DNA of 64,000 nucleotides, taken from an uncultured Verrucomicrobiae bacterium. Lineage in GTDB: Bacteria > Verrucomicrobiota > Verrucomicrobiia > Chthoniobacterales > Chthoniobacteraceae. This document shows positions 1 through 9,907 of the stretch, piece after piece. The translations under genes were made by a program, and so were the position numbers. Location of the stretch: assembly GCA_963769025.1 (NCBI GenBank), contig CAVYKI010000009.1:736001-800000 (forward strand). The letters are read 5' to 3'. Positions within the stretch are counted from its first letter, which is position 1. Each line of letters begins with the position of its first letter. The notes under the pieces are model-generated. The model made no database searches. It was not told where the DNA came from and saw only the letters and a program-made list of their open reading frames with translations.

Positions 1-951
1 ACCCATGCCCACTCCGATCACGCCCGGCCGGGTTCCCGGAATTATTTGACCGTCGCGCCCGGAGTTGCCCCTTTGCGTGAGCGGATTGGCGCGGATGCAC
101 GGATCGAGAGCGTTCCGTTCGGCGCGCGGATATTGGTCAACGGTGTAACTGTGTCGTTTCATCCGGCGGGGCACATCCTCGGCTCCGCTCAAATCCGCCT
201 GGAGCATCGCGGGGAAGTCTGGGTCGTCAGTGGCGATTACAAAACAGAGCCGGACGGTATATCCGGACGTTTCGAGCCCGTCCGATGCCACACTTTCATT
301 ACCGAATCCACCTTCGCACTTCCGATTTATCGCTGGAGCCCGCAGGCGGAGATTTTCTCCGAGATCAATGACTGGTGGCGCGGGAACCAGGAAAAGGAGC
401 GAACCAGTGTCGTCTTCGCCTATTCTCTCGGCAAAGCGCAGCGGGTGTTGGCGGGTCTGGAGGGCGACATCGGGCCGATTTTCCTTCACGGCGCCGTCCG
501 GCGATTCGCCGAGATCTACGAACATGCCGGGGTCAAATTCCCGCCATTCGAATCGGCGGCATCAGAAAGCATCAAAGCCGCGCGCGGACGAGGACTCGTA
601 ATCGCGCCCGGTTCCGCGGACAATTCGCCTTGGTTGCGAAAGTTCGGTGATGTTTCCACGGCGTTTGCGTCCGGATGGATGAGAGTCCGCGGGCCTCGCC
701 GGCGGCGGTCGTTGGATCGCGGTTTTGCATTATCTGATCACGCGGACTGGGAGGGATTGCTCACGAGCATCGAGGCCACGGGGGCTGAACGCATTTGGGC
801 CACGCATGGATACACTGCTCCTTTGGTGCGCTGGCTGAGTGAGAAGGGAAAGGATGCGACGGCCATCACGACGCACTTCCGAGACGAAAATGAGGATGAA
901 GCCGAAATTGCTGAGGTTCCGGACATCTCGGCTCCGCGCACCGACGCATGA
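1..951 (+). CDS. Ligase-associated DNA damage response exonuclease (MBL-fold/beta-CASP), 5'-partial
   Basis: Frame is open from base 1 (THAHSDHARP, the MBL HxHxDH motif). Also AGHILGSAQ, SGDYK, TESTF and LSDHADW motifs. First gene of the ligase-helicase-PdeM cassette. Confidence 0.93.
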   Translation, partial: THAHSDHARPGSRNYLTVAPGVAPLRERIGADARIESVPFGARILVNGVTVSFHPAGHILGSAQIRLEHRGEVWVVSGDYKTEPDGISGRFEPVRCHTFITESTFALPIYRWSPQAEIFSEINDWWRGNQEKERTSVVFAYSLGKAQRVLAGLEGDIGPIFLHGAVRRFAEIYEHAGVKFPPFESAASESIKAARGRGLVIAPGSADNSPWLRKFGDVSTAFASGWMRVRGPRRRRSLDRGFALSDHADWEGLLTSIEATGAERIWATHGYTAPLVRWLSEKGKDATAITTHFRDENEDEAEIAEVPDISAPRTDA

Positions 952-2663
952 AACGCTTTACTAAGCTGTACTGCGAACTGGATCAGACAACGCGCACCGG
1001 GGAAAAAGTTGCCGCGCTGGAACGCTATTTCCGGGAGGCCCCGCCAGCTGACGCGGCATGGGCCCTGTATTTTCTCTCAGGACGCACATTGCCCCGCGCC
1101 GTGCCCGCAAGGAACCTCTGGGAATGGACGGCGGCTGAAACGAACCTGCCGCACTGGCTGATCGAAGAGTGTCGGAACGCTGTCGGGGACACTGCCGAAA
1201 CGATCGCTCTCCTTCTCCCGGATTCCTCTGTGGCTACGGAGCTCCCGCTGGCGGAAATGATCGAGAGGAGATTGTTACCGCTGAAAAACCTTCCCGAACT
1301 CGGGCGCCGGGAGCTTCTCGTGCGGACGTGGTCGGAACTGGGGCAAAACGAGCGTTACGTTTGGAACAAAATCATTACCGGCAATTTCCGGATCGGCGTC
1401 GCGCGGACCCTCGTCATTCGCGCTCTCGCGCAGGTAGCGGACATCGACCCTGCCGTGATGGCACATCGCGTCATGGGCGCTTGGAGTCCCACGGCGGATG
1501 AGCTTGGGCGGATTTTGAATGAGGAACCCGGCCACACGGACGTCGCCAAACCCTATCCGTTTTTCCTCGCGTCCCCGTTGGAGCTGAAAGGAGGGGGCGG
1601 CGAGGGTCTTGAGAAACTCGGGCGACCGAGCGAATGGCTCATCGAGTGGAAGTGGGACGGCATTCGCGCCCAGATCATTCGCCGCGGTGGTGAGACTCTA
1701 GTCTGGTCGCGTGGAGAGGAGATGGTTTCCGAGGCGTTTCCAGAGTTCCTTGAAGCGGGGGAATGCCTGGCAGAGGGGAGCGTCCTCGATGGGGAAATTG
1801 TCGCATGGCAGGGTGACAGACCGCTTCCATTCGCGAAACTTCAGCGGCGACTTGGCCGAAAGCAGGTCTCGCAACGCACGCGCTCCGATTTTCCGATCGT
1901 CTTCGTCGCCTACGACGTTTTGGAAATGGGCGGCAGCGATATTCGCGCCCGTTCTCTTGAAGACCGCAGGCGTTGCCTCGAAGCGCTCATCGCCGAGGCG
2001 GGTTCGCGCCTCCATGCTGGGATCCGGCATACCGGTGGAGAGCAGGTTGAGACGCCGATGTTTCCGGATTTCGAACCGGAGAACCCCGGCGCCGGGAAAA
2101 TGTGTCCCCTGCGTGTTTCATCGCTCCTCCCTGTATCGTCATGGGCCGAATTGAAGGCGCTCCACATCACCTCTCGCGCTCGCGGTGTGGAAGGGGTGAT
2201 GCTTAAACGGCGCTCATCGAGTTACGGAGTGGGACGGCAGCGGGGCGATTGGTGGAAATGGAAAATTGACCCTTACGTCATCGACGCTGTGCTCATTCTC
2301 GCGCAGCGCGGAAGCGGGCGCCGTGCGAATCTCTACACCGATTATACTTTCGGCGTATGGGATAACGGAAAGCTGGTGCCGGTGGCGAAAGCATACTCCG
2401 GGCTGACCGACGCGGAGATCCTGAAGGTAGACGCTTTTGTGCGCCGCAACTCCACGGAAAAGTTCGGTCCGGTTCGGTCCGTTAAGCCCGAGCTTGTTTT
2501 TGAACTCGCCTTTGAAGGCATCCAACACTCCGCGCGACACAAGGCAGGCGTAGCGGTTCGTTTTCCTCGAATGAATCGCTGGCGCCACGACAAAAAACCG
2601 GAGGAAGCAGATACGTTGGAAAATCTCCGTGCGCTGGCAAATCCTGGAGGTGGCGCACCGTGA
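948..2663 (+). CDS. ATP-dependent DNA ligase
   Basis: EWKWDGIR adenylation motif, LDGEIV, YDVLE, EGVMLKR, WWKWK and a C-terminal OB fold (VAVRFPR). ATGA overlap with the upstream gene. Confidence 0.95.
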   Translation: MKRFTKLYCELDQTTRTGEKVAALERYFREAPPADAAWALYFLSGRTLPRAVPARNLWEWTAAETNLPHWLIEECRNAVGDTAETIALLLPDSSVATELPLAEMIERRLLPLKNLPELGRRELLVRTWSELGQNERYVWNKIITGNFRIGVARTLVIRALAQVADIDPAVMAHRVMGAWSPTADELGRILNEEPGHTDVAKPYPFFLASPLELKGGGGEGLEKLGRPSEWLIEWKWDGIRAQIIRRGGETLVWSRGEEMVSEAFPEFLEAGECLAEGSVLDGEIVAWQGDRPLPFAKLQRRLGRKQVSQRTRSDFPIVFVAYDVLEMGGSDIRARSLEDRRRCLEALIAEAGSRLHAGIRHTGGEQVETPMFPDFEPENPGAGKMCPLRVSSLLPVSSWAELKALHITSRARGVEGVMLKRRSSSYGVGRQRGDWWKWKIDPYVIDAVLILAQRGSGRRANLYTDYTFGVWDNGKLVPVAKAYSGLTDAEILKVDAFVRRNSTEKFGPVRSVKPELVFELAFEGIQHSARHKAGVAVRFPRMNRWRHDKKPEEADTLENLRALANPGGGAP

Positions 2664-5143
2664 GTGCGCGGGCGAGGAAGGGGGCCGAAAGAAGATTGCT
2701 GGACTGGTTCAAACGACAGGGCTGGACGCCGTTCAAATTTCAGCGGAAGGCATGGAGCGCGTATCTCGCCGGGCTGAGCGGGCTCGTGCATTCCCCCACC
2801 GGCACGGGAAAGACGTATGCCGTCTCCATTCCGCCCATCCTGGAATGGCTGGCAGAAAATCCCGACTCGGAGGCATGGCCGAAATCCGTATCACTTCGAA
2901 TCCTTTGGATTACGCCGCTTCGCGCGCTCGCGACCGACACCGCCCAATCCATTCTGGCGCCGATCACGGATCTCGCGCTGCCTTGGACCGTCGAACTGCG
3001 CACAGGTGACACTTCGTCCGCGACGCGCGCCCGGCAGCGCGAACGGCTCCCGAGCATACTCATTACGACCCCCGAAAGCCTGTCGCTGCTACTTTCCTAT
3101 CCGGGGATCCGTGAGAAAATGGAATCGCTTCGCAGCATCGTCGTGGATGAGTGGCACGAACTCCTCGGAACGAAGCGGGGAACTCAAGCCGAACTGTGCC
3201 TTGCGCGCTTGCGGACTTGGTTTCCGAATATGAAAACGTGGGGGTTGTCTGCGACACTCGGGAATCTCAATCAGGCGCTTGATGTTCTGGCGGGCGTGCA
3301 AACTTCTGCGGCGAAGTTGATTTCCGGCGATCTGAAAAAGCGGACGGAGGTCGAAACGCTGATTCCCGCGGACGTTGAGAAATTCCCGTGGGCCGGTCAT
3401 CTCGGACTCAATCTTTTGCCGGAAGTCCTCCGCCAGATTGGGCGCGCAAAAACGACCTTGCTCTTCACGAACACCCGGTCGCAGGCGGAAATCTGGTTTC
3501 GTGCCTTGCTTGCAGCCAAGCCGGAATGGCTCGCCGAAATCGCGCTGCATCACGGCTCCATGGACCGCGAGGTGCGCCAGGAAGTTGAGATGCGTCTGCG
3601 CGCGGGGAACATTCGCTGCGTGGTTTGCACGGCCAGCCTCGATCTCGGTGTGGATTTTTCACCCGTCGAGCAAGTAATCCAAATCGGCGCGCCCAAAGGC
3701 GTAGCCCGGATGTTGCAGCGGGCCGGGCGCAGTGGGCATCAGCCCGGGGCAGTGAGCCGGATTGTTTGCGTGCCGGCGCATGCCTTGGAACTGGTCGAGT
3801 TTTCCGCGGTGCGGGAGGCGATTTCCGCGCGCGAATTGGAGTCTCGCACTCCGTTGGAACGACCGCTGGATGTTCTGGTGCAGCACCTCGTCACCGTTGC
3901 GCTCGGCAGCGGCTTCCGGGAGGCGGCAATGCTCGCGGAAGTTCGTTCGAGTCACGCGTATCGGGAGCTTACCGATGCGGAGTGGAAGTGGTGCCTGGAT
4001 TTTGTGACCCGCGGAGGGGCCACGTTGAAGGCCTATCCGCAATATTCCCGGGTCCAAACGAGCGGGCCGGACTTCATCGTGACAGACCCCTTCATCGCCA
4101 AACTCCATCGCATGTCCATTGGCACAATCACCAGCGATAGCGCGATGGCCGTGCGGGTGCTGCGCGGACCCATGCTCGGAACCGTGGAAGAATCGTTTGT
4201 CGGTCGATTGAAGCCGGGAGCAAAGTTCTCCTTCGCAGGGCACGCACTGGAGTTGGTTCGGGTTCGGGATATGACGGCCTATGTGCGACGCACGAAAAAA
4301 TTCTCCGGCGTGGTGCCCCAATGGATGGGCGGGCGGATGCCGCTCTCCTCGCAGCTCGCAAAGGTCGTGCGCCGAAGATTATCCGAGGCGCGCCGCGGAA
4401 AATTCACCGGCCGCGAAATGCGCGCCGTGAAGCCGGTCCTGGAAATCCAAGACAGATGGTCCCGCGTTCCCGAGCCGGACGAACTGCTCATCGAACGCGT
4501 GCAGATGCGCGATGGCGTCCATCATTTCATTTTTCCATTTGCAGGCAGGCTGGTCCATGAGGGCCTCGCCGCGCTCATCGCCCATCGAGTCTCGCAACGT
4601 GTCCCCGCCTCAATCGCAATCACCCTGAACGATTACGGGTTTGCACTCCTCTCCGCCACGGCCGTTTCGCTGCCCACGGAGGAGTGGCGGAAAATTTTCG
4701 CGAAAGAGAACCTTCTCGAGGATCTCCTTGCCTGCCTGAACTCCGCGGAGCTGGCACGACGGCAGTTCCGGGAGATTGCGCGTATCGCGGGGCTGGTTTT
4801 TCAGGGCTATCCCGGCAGTGGGAAGACGACCCGCCAGCTTCAGTCGTCGAGCGGACTTTTTTACGATGTCTTCACACGATATGATCCGCAGAATCTCCTG
4901 CTTAATCAGGCGCGCCGCGAAGTGCTGGAACGTCAACTGGAAATCAGCCGGCTTGGTGCGACCATTGCCGACGTGACCGCGATGAAAATTGTCGTTGTTG
5001 AAACCGAACGTCTGACGCCGCTCGCTTTCCCGCTTTGGGCCTCGTTTGTGCAGGCTAACGTCACCTCGGAAAAATGGTCTGAGCGGGTCAGGCGCATGGC
5101 CCGGCAACTCGAGGATGCCGCGGCCGGCAAAAGTGTCCGATGA
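2660..5143 (+). CDS. Ligase-associated DEXH-box helicase (Lhr-core family)
   Basis: SPTGTGKT, TPLRAL, DEWHEL, SAT, HHGS, SLDLGVD and QRAGRSGH motifs; coupled to the ligase gene. Confidence 0.95.
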   Translation: MSARARKGAERRLLDWFKRQGWTPFKFQRKAWSAYLAGLSGLVHSPTGTGKTYAVSIPPILEWLAENPDSEAWPKSVSLRILWITPLRALATDTAQSILAPITDLALPWTVELRTGDTSSATRARQRERLPSILITTPESLSLLLSYPGIREKMESLRSIVVDEWHELLGTKRGTQAELCLARLRTWFPNMKTWGLSATLGNLNQALDVLAGVQTSAAKLISGDLKKRTEVETLIPADVEKFPWAGHLGLNLLPEVLRQIGRAKTTLLFTNTRSQAEIWFRALLAAKPEWLAEIALHHGSMDREVRQEVEMRLRAGNIRCVVCTASLDLGVDFSPVEQVIQIGAPKGVARMLQRAGRSGHQPGAVSRIVCVPAHALELVEFSAVREAISARELESRTPLERPLDVLVQHLVTVALGSGFREAAMLAEVRSSHAYRELTDAEWKWCLDFVTRGGATLKAYPQYSRVQTSGPDFIVTDPFIAKLHRMSIGTITSDSAMAVRVLRGPMLGTVEESFVGRLKPGAKFSFAGHALELVRVRDMTAYVRRTKKFSGVVPQWMGGRMPLSSQLAKVVRRRLSEARRGKFTGREMRAVKPVLEIQDRWSRVPEPDELLIERVQMRDGVHHFIFPFAGRLVHEGLAALIAHRVSQRVPASIAITLNDYGFALLSATAVSLPTEEWRKIFAKENLLEDLLACLNSAELARRQFREIARIAGLVFQGYPGSGKTTRQLQSSSGLFYDVFTRYDPQNLLLNQARREVLERQLEISRLGATIADVTAMKIVVVETERLTPLAFPLWASFVQANVTSEKWSERVRRMARQLEDAAAGKSVR

Positions 5144-5799
5144 GTCTCGAAACCGAGTGGGCAGGCGAACGCCTGCTCCTGCTGCACGGCAAGGCTGTCG
5201 CGTGGCACCGCACAGCGAGCCTCATCATCACGGATTTGCATCTCGGAAAAACAGCCGCGTTCCGACGATCCGGCATTCCTGTCCCCGAGGCGACCACAGC
5301 GGACGACCTCGCGCGTCTCGACAGGCTCGTCGCCGAACACCAAAGTAAGCGGCTGATTATCCTCGGGGACTTCTTCCACTCCGCCGCCGGCCGTCAGCCT
5401 GAAATGATGGATGTGGTGGCGGACTGGTGTGACAGAAATTCTGGCCTGGAGGTTATCCTTGTGCCTGGCAACCACGATCGGCATGCGGGCGACCCTCCCG
5501 CGTGCTGGAACATCCGGGTCGTCCCTGACTGCTGGCATCTCCCGCCGTTTTCATTTTGCCACGCACCGAAGAGTGTCGGGGAAGGCCACGTTTTCGCAGG
5601 GCACATTCATCCCGCAATCGCGCTGCGCGAGAAGTTCGGAAGCGGACTCCGATTACCGTGCTTTTGGTTTGGCCGGCATTGCGCTGTGCTTCCCGCATTC
5701 GGCAGCTTCACCGGCACGCAAATCATTCATCCCTCCCGTGGAGATCGCATTTTTGCAGTGGGGCCGCACGAAATCCTGAACCTGACCAGAAGCCCGTAA
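5140..5799 (+). CDS. pdeM: Ligase-associated metallophosphoesterase/endonuclease PdeM
   Basis: DLHLGK, LGDFFH, GNHD, GHIHP and LPAFGSFTG motifs; fourth gene of the cassette. Confidence 0.9.
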   Translation: MSLETEWAGERLLLLHGKAVAWHRTASLIITDLHLGKTAAFRRSGIPVPEATTADDLARLDRLVAEHQSKRLIILGDFFHSAAGRQPEMMDVVADWCDRNSGLEVILVPGNHDRHAGDPPACWNIRVVPDCWHLPPFSFCHAPKSVGEGHVFAGHIHPAIALREKFGSGLRLPCFWFGRHCAVLPAFGSFTGTQIIHPSRGDRIFAVGPHEILNLTRSP

Positions 5800-5879
5800 C
5801 GTACGAACCAAAACCGGTCGCTTTGTTAAAGTAAGTCCGCTCGGCAAGTCGCGGCGGGAGTGCGGCGCTTGTTGCGCGC

Positions 5880-7793
5880 TTATTTCTTTTTGGATTTTGA
5901 TGCGGAGCCCGCCTTCTTCGAGGTATCGCTGGTGAAGATGCTCCGAATCGAGTCGCCCAGCTTCTTGAGCACGTTTTCCTCGGGCTTTTTCTTGGTGGCC
6001 CGGACTGGATGGGAGCTTCTCGAACTCGGTGGTTCGAGCTTCACGCGCAGATTTTGATTGGCGACAATCTGGACGGTACGCGGGGCGCTGGAACTGTTGG
6101 CGAAGGCAGCTTTGATCGTGTAGCGGCCGGGGGCCAGCGGCAGGTCAAGGGGTGCTTCGCCCACCGCAGTGGCGCCTATGAATATCTGCGCGCCGGCGGG
6201 GGCGCTTTCGATATGGGCCATGGCGAATGGAAATTCATGAGCGTAGCTGTTGAGCTTTTGATCCTTGATTTCGATGACTTCGGAATACGGGGCCCACGCA
6301 AGCGATGAAAACACAATGCGGTAAACTCCCGGCGCGAGACCTTCGATGATCGCGGGAGTTTCTCCCTCCCGCAGGGCAGGCGCATCTGAGTTTTCCGCAA
6401 GTCCCGCGAACAAATGGAACCTCATGCCGGCAGGCGCGGTATTCACGGCCAGCACCGGGTCAGGCACAGCGGGAACGGGAGTCGGTGGGAGGAACGGGCC
6501 GCTCTCAGCGGGTAGCGCCGCCGCTGGCTCGGTTTCGGCGTCCGAGATTACCGCACTCGGCTCGAGGTCGGCCGCCGCCGTCGGAGTGCGATCATGTGGC
6601 AGCGAGAAATCCGCCGCATTGGAAGCACTACCGCGGGCGATCTGGGGCGCAACTGAGATCGAAGCCCGAGGAGGGGCAGTTGCGATAGCAGGGCGGGGTT
6701 TTACCATTGCCTGCATGAGCCAAACCACGAACAGCAGAAGCAATGCGGCCATTCCTAACAACCCAAGGCGTGGCGGAATCGAAAACCGCCGGGCGGGTCG
6801 GCTTTTGTGCGCCCCCGCCTCAGGATTGAATACCACGGTCAATTCCTCGGTGGACTCACTGCTCGCGGGGGCCAAGCTTTCAATTCCAAGCCTGCGCGCG
6901 ATTTCCCGCGCATCGGCCGGACGCTCGCGCGGGTTTTTTGCCAGACAGGCTGCAATGGTGGCCTCCCAATCTGGAGGGATCGGCTCGCCGCACACGCCCA
7001 GTTTCGCCCGCCGTTCGTTGACGGGATCGGGCTTCACGCTGCGAATTTGATAACTGATGTCCCCGGAATGAAACGGGGGTTTCCCCGTGAGTAGCTCGTA
7101 TAGCGTGGCGCCGACAGAATAGACGTCGTCGGTGATGGCGGCCAGCTCACCCTGCAGCTGTTGGGGGCTCATATAGCTGAGCGTTCCTCCGCTGCTGTTC
7201 CATGCACTCACGCGGGCCGCGGTGTTTTGGAGTCCGCAGGAAATGCCAAAGTCCGCGACCTTCAGGACCCCGCGGGTGGTCACCATGAGATTACTGGGCT
7301 TCAAGTCCCGATGCACGAAACCGGCATCTCGGTGCGCATAATCCAGGGCACGCAATAGATCGGTTGTCCATCCAAGGATCTCGTCCGGTTCGAAACAGCG
7401 GGCCTCGCGCTCGGTGCGCAGGTGCGAAAGGGTTGCGCCGTCGATGTATTCCATCGAAATGGCGGCATTGTCGCTGTCCTCGACGAAGTCGTAGATACGA
7501 ACGATATTTGCATGGGTGAGCTCCAAGCTTCGGCGGGCTTCGCGCTTCAGGTCGTCGCGCGAGGACGGGTCGAGAAAGAGAACCTCGGGTAGAAATTTGA
7601 GCGCAACGCGGCGGTCGAGCCGCTCGTCGTGGGCCAGCCAGACGACCCCCATGCCGCCGCGACCGAGCAGCCGGTCCATCCGGTAACGCTCAAACATCAC
7701 TTGGCGGTTGCGCACCGGTTCGGAGGAGGGTGAAATCAAAAGCGGGGAGCTGGCTGCGGGCATCCATTCCAAAGATAACACTTTTTGTGCCAC
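5880..7793 (-). CDS. Membrane Ser/Thr (Hanks-type) protein kinase with C-terminal PEGA-like domains
   Basis: LGRGGMGVV, VALK, HRDLKPSN, DFG and GGTLSYMSP motifs, one TM helix, Pro/Ala linker, then ESAPAGAQIFIG (PEGA-like). Start uncertain: GTG 7793 or ATG 7763. Confidence 0.9.
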   Translation of the reverse strand: MAQKVLSLEWMPAASSPLLISPSSEPVRNRQVMFERYRMDRLLGRGGMGVVWLAHDERLDRRVALKFLPEVLFLDPSSRDDLKREARRSLELTHANIVRIYDFVEDSDNAAISMEYIDGATLSHLRTEREARCFEPDEILGWTTDLLRALDYAHRDAGFVHRDLKPSNLMVTTRGVLKVADFGISCGLQNTAARVSAWNSSGGTLSYMSPQQLQGELAAITDDVYSVGATLYELLTGKPPFHSGDISYQIRSVKPDPVNERRAKLGVCGEPIPPDWEATIAACLAKNPRERPADAREIARRLGIESLAPASSESTEELTVVFNPEAGAHKSRPARRFSIPPRLGLLGMAALLLLFVVWLMQAMVKPRPAIATAPPRASISVAPQIARGSASNAADFSLPHDRTPTAAADLEPSAVISDAETEPAAALPAESGPFLPPTPVPAVPDPVLAVNTAPAGMRFHLFAGLAENSDAPALREGETPAIIEGLAPGVYRIVFSSLAWAPYSEVIEIKDQKLNSYAHEFPFAMAHIESAPAGAQIFIGATAVGEAPLDLPLAPGRYTIKAAFANSSSAPRTVQIVANQNLRVKLEPPSSRSSHPVRATKKKPEENVLKKLGDSIRSIFTSDTSKKAGSASKSKKK

Positions 7794-7824
7794 CGCGGCA
7801 CCCGCTTCATGCGAACACTTCTCG

Positions 7825-8682
7825 ATGATTAATCCTTCCGCGTGGCTCGAATTTTCTTCCGGTCAGCGTGTGACCATTGAAGGTTTGTGCACCATCGGAC
7901 GCACGCCCGGTAATCGCGTGGTCATCCCGATCGAACGCGTTTCTCGCCGACATGCAGTGATCCGTCCAAACGGTCGCGGAGGGTTCGAGCTGATGGATAT
8001 GGGGAGCAGCAACGGCACGTGGGTGAATGGGCAACGGCTGGTGCGCCCATTCCCGCTCGAGAATGGCAGCGTGATTGAAGTCGGGATGGTAAAAATGACC
8101 TTCCGCATCGCGGGTGTCGGTGGCGCGCCTACGGCACCGATGGAGTCCGCCCTGCTTCCTTGCTGGTTTGTCAGCGGGGAAGCGTCCACGCTGGGCTTCC
8201 GGTTGCCGGCGGAGGGAGATTTCGAGAAAACCTTCGAAGGGTGGACCGAACGTTGTGTGCGGATCGTGAAAGCCTGTCAGGGCGTTTCCATGCGAAGCCC
8301 GGAGGACGGGTTTCTCGCGTTCTGGCAGGAAGAGGCCGGGACGGACAAGTCCGCAAATGTCGTGAAAGCCCTGCTTGCTCTCCGATCGTTGCAGGGTTCA
8401 ACCGAGGAATTGCGTTTTGCCGTCCATTACAGCGAAGTGGAGATGCGCGTTAGCGCTTCAGGGGAGGTCCGGCCTGTCGGCGCTGAAGTGATTCATGTGT
8501 TTCAGCTTCAGAAACTGATTCGTACCATCGGCGTGAATATCGTGCTCAGCGACGCAGCAGCGATCAACCTTCGGGAAAGCCTCCCGATCCGCCCATTGAC
8601 CACCCAGGAATTGCGAGGACACCGGGGCAACGGACAGTTCCACACTTTGCGGAACGACGGGCACTCCGGTAGAACCGCTTGA
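7825..8682 (+). CDS. FHA-domain protein with a degenerate class III nucleotidyl-cyclase-like C-terminal domain
   Basis: FHA motifs IGR, VSRRHA and SSNGTWVNG. The C-terminus (DGFLAFW, LRFAVH, GAEVIHVFQL) resembles a cyclase fold. Start placed at ATG 7825. Confidence 0.75.
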   Translation: MINPSAWLEFSSGQRVTIEGLCTIGRTPGNRVVIPIERVSRRHAVIRPNGRGGFELMDMGSSNGTWVNGQRLVRPFPLENGSVIEVGMVKMTFRIAGVGGAPTAPMESALLPCWFVSGEASTLGFRLPAEGDFEKTFEGWTERCVRIVKACQGVSMRSPEDGFLAFWQEEAGTDKSANVVKALLALRSLQGSTEELRFAVHYSEVEMRVSASGEVRPVGAEVIHVFQLQKLIRTIGVNIVLSDAAAINLRESLPIRPLTTQELRGHRGNGQFHTLRNDGHSGRTA

Positions 8683-8728
8683 GCGGGACGGTCTGTTCCG
8701 GATACAATTCCGCCTGCACCTCTGCGTC

Positions 8729-9570
8729 TCACCGGGCCGATTCCCGCTCCGGCTCTGCTTCCTTTGGACCCTCCGCCTCAAGTCGGAGGTAGTCATACCA
8801 TACGGCCTGATGCCAGACTCGGGCGACGGAACGCAGCCGGAGGGTGTTGCGCCCCAGTGAGAGCAGCGACGGGTCGAAGGTGAACTTTTTCTCGAACCAA
8901 TGGCCGGCGATTCCATCGCGGTGCATCACCCCGTTTTCGGGCAGCGGGCCTGTGTCGCCGAGCGGCTTGTCTTTCAGCGATACTACGACGCGGCCTCGGT
9001 CGCGGCTGCCGCAGAACGCCAGGCGCAACGTGACCGGGCCGCGCGGAATCTCGGCCACATCGAAGGTGATGCTCCAGGTCGTCTCACGGAGGACTCTGCT
9101 TTGCGCGTCCAGCCGCGGCGGTTGGCAGTAGTTCCAGTCGCGCCGCCAGTCGCTCGTGCCGATGATGAAGTTCACATCGTCGGGAAACTCCTCCGGATAT
9201 TTCAGGTAGAGGCCCCAGTGCCAGTGGTCATCGCCGTGGAGAAATTCCGCGGCGCTGCGGTTGGGCACGCCGATTTCCCAGAGCTGCCGGCCATGGCGTT
9301 CCGGCGTCCATTCCAAAGTCGCGAGATCCAGCGGCGCACCTGCGCGCACATTCACGTCGGCGTTGCGGAACTCTCCGAGCACGCCGTCCACAAAGGCGTA
9401 AAGCATGCAGCGGCCCGGACGCACATTCGGGATGAGGAAGCGTCCTTCACCGTCCGCGCGCACCCAGTGCTGGTAATGTTTGCCATCGAGCTGCCAGTCA
9501 TAGGTGCGCGGGTTTTCCCATGCTTCAACCGCGTAGGGCGGCGATGCGCTGCCGACCCATGCTCCCGCGG
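8729..9570 (-). pseudogene. Rhamnogalacturonan lyase (PL4-like) C-terminal fragment; N-terminal domain missing
   Basis: YQHWVRADGEGRFLIPNVRPG, LWEIGVPNRSAAEF, GTSDWRRDWNY and YDYLRLE match domains II/III. Upstream sequence shows no catalytic domain or signal peptide. 5' boundary approximate. Confidence 0.7.
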
Positions 9571-9767
9571 TTCTTGCCTCCGGCGCCTGCGCATCGCGGA
9601 GCACAACCGGCCGCCCACGCTGCCGCGTTGCTCCTTCGGAGGAAACTCCGCGTGTGACATCCATGAATACGGCCACGATGCGCGCTCCCTGTCCGCACGC
9701 GCACACGCGTCGCGCCACAGCGCGGCGGGATCACCGCCGCGATTGATGTAGAGTTGAAAGGGTCCGA

Positions 9768-9905
9768 TCAGTTTCTTCCAGCGCTCACCCTCCGCGAAGC
9801 CGTGAGATCGTTCTTCGTGCTGGTGAGGGATGCGATGACGACAACCGAGAGCAACACCAGCATCCCGAGGACGATGACGAGCGCGACGGCGGAGGATTTT
9901 CGACG
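9768..9905 (-). pseudogene. Verru_Chthon cassette protein A-like N-terminal stub (pilin-like hydrophobic leader)
   Basis: RRKSSAVALVIVLGMLVLLSVVVIASLTSTKNDLTAS followed shortly by a stop; lies directly after the cassette-C remnant. Confidence 0.5.
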
Positions 9906-9907
9906 GA

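Noticed and set aside
1..5799. Nuclease-ligase-helicase-phosphoesterase cluster as a novel defence or repair system
   Set aside because: It matches the already described ligase-associated DNA damage response cassette in content and order.
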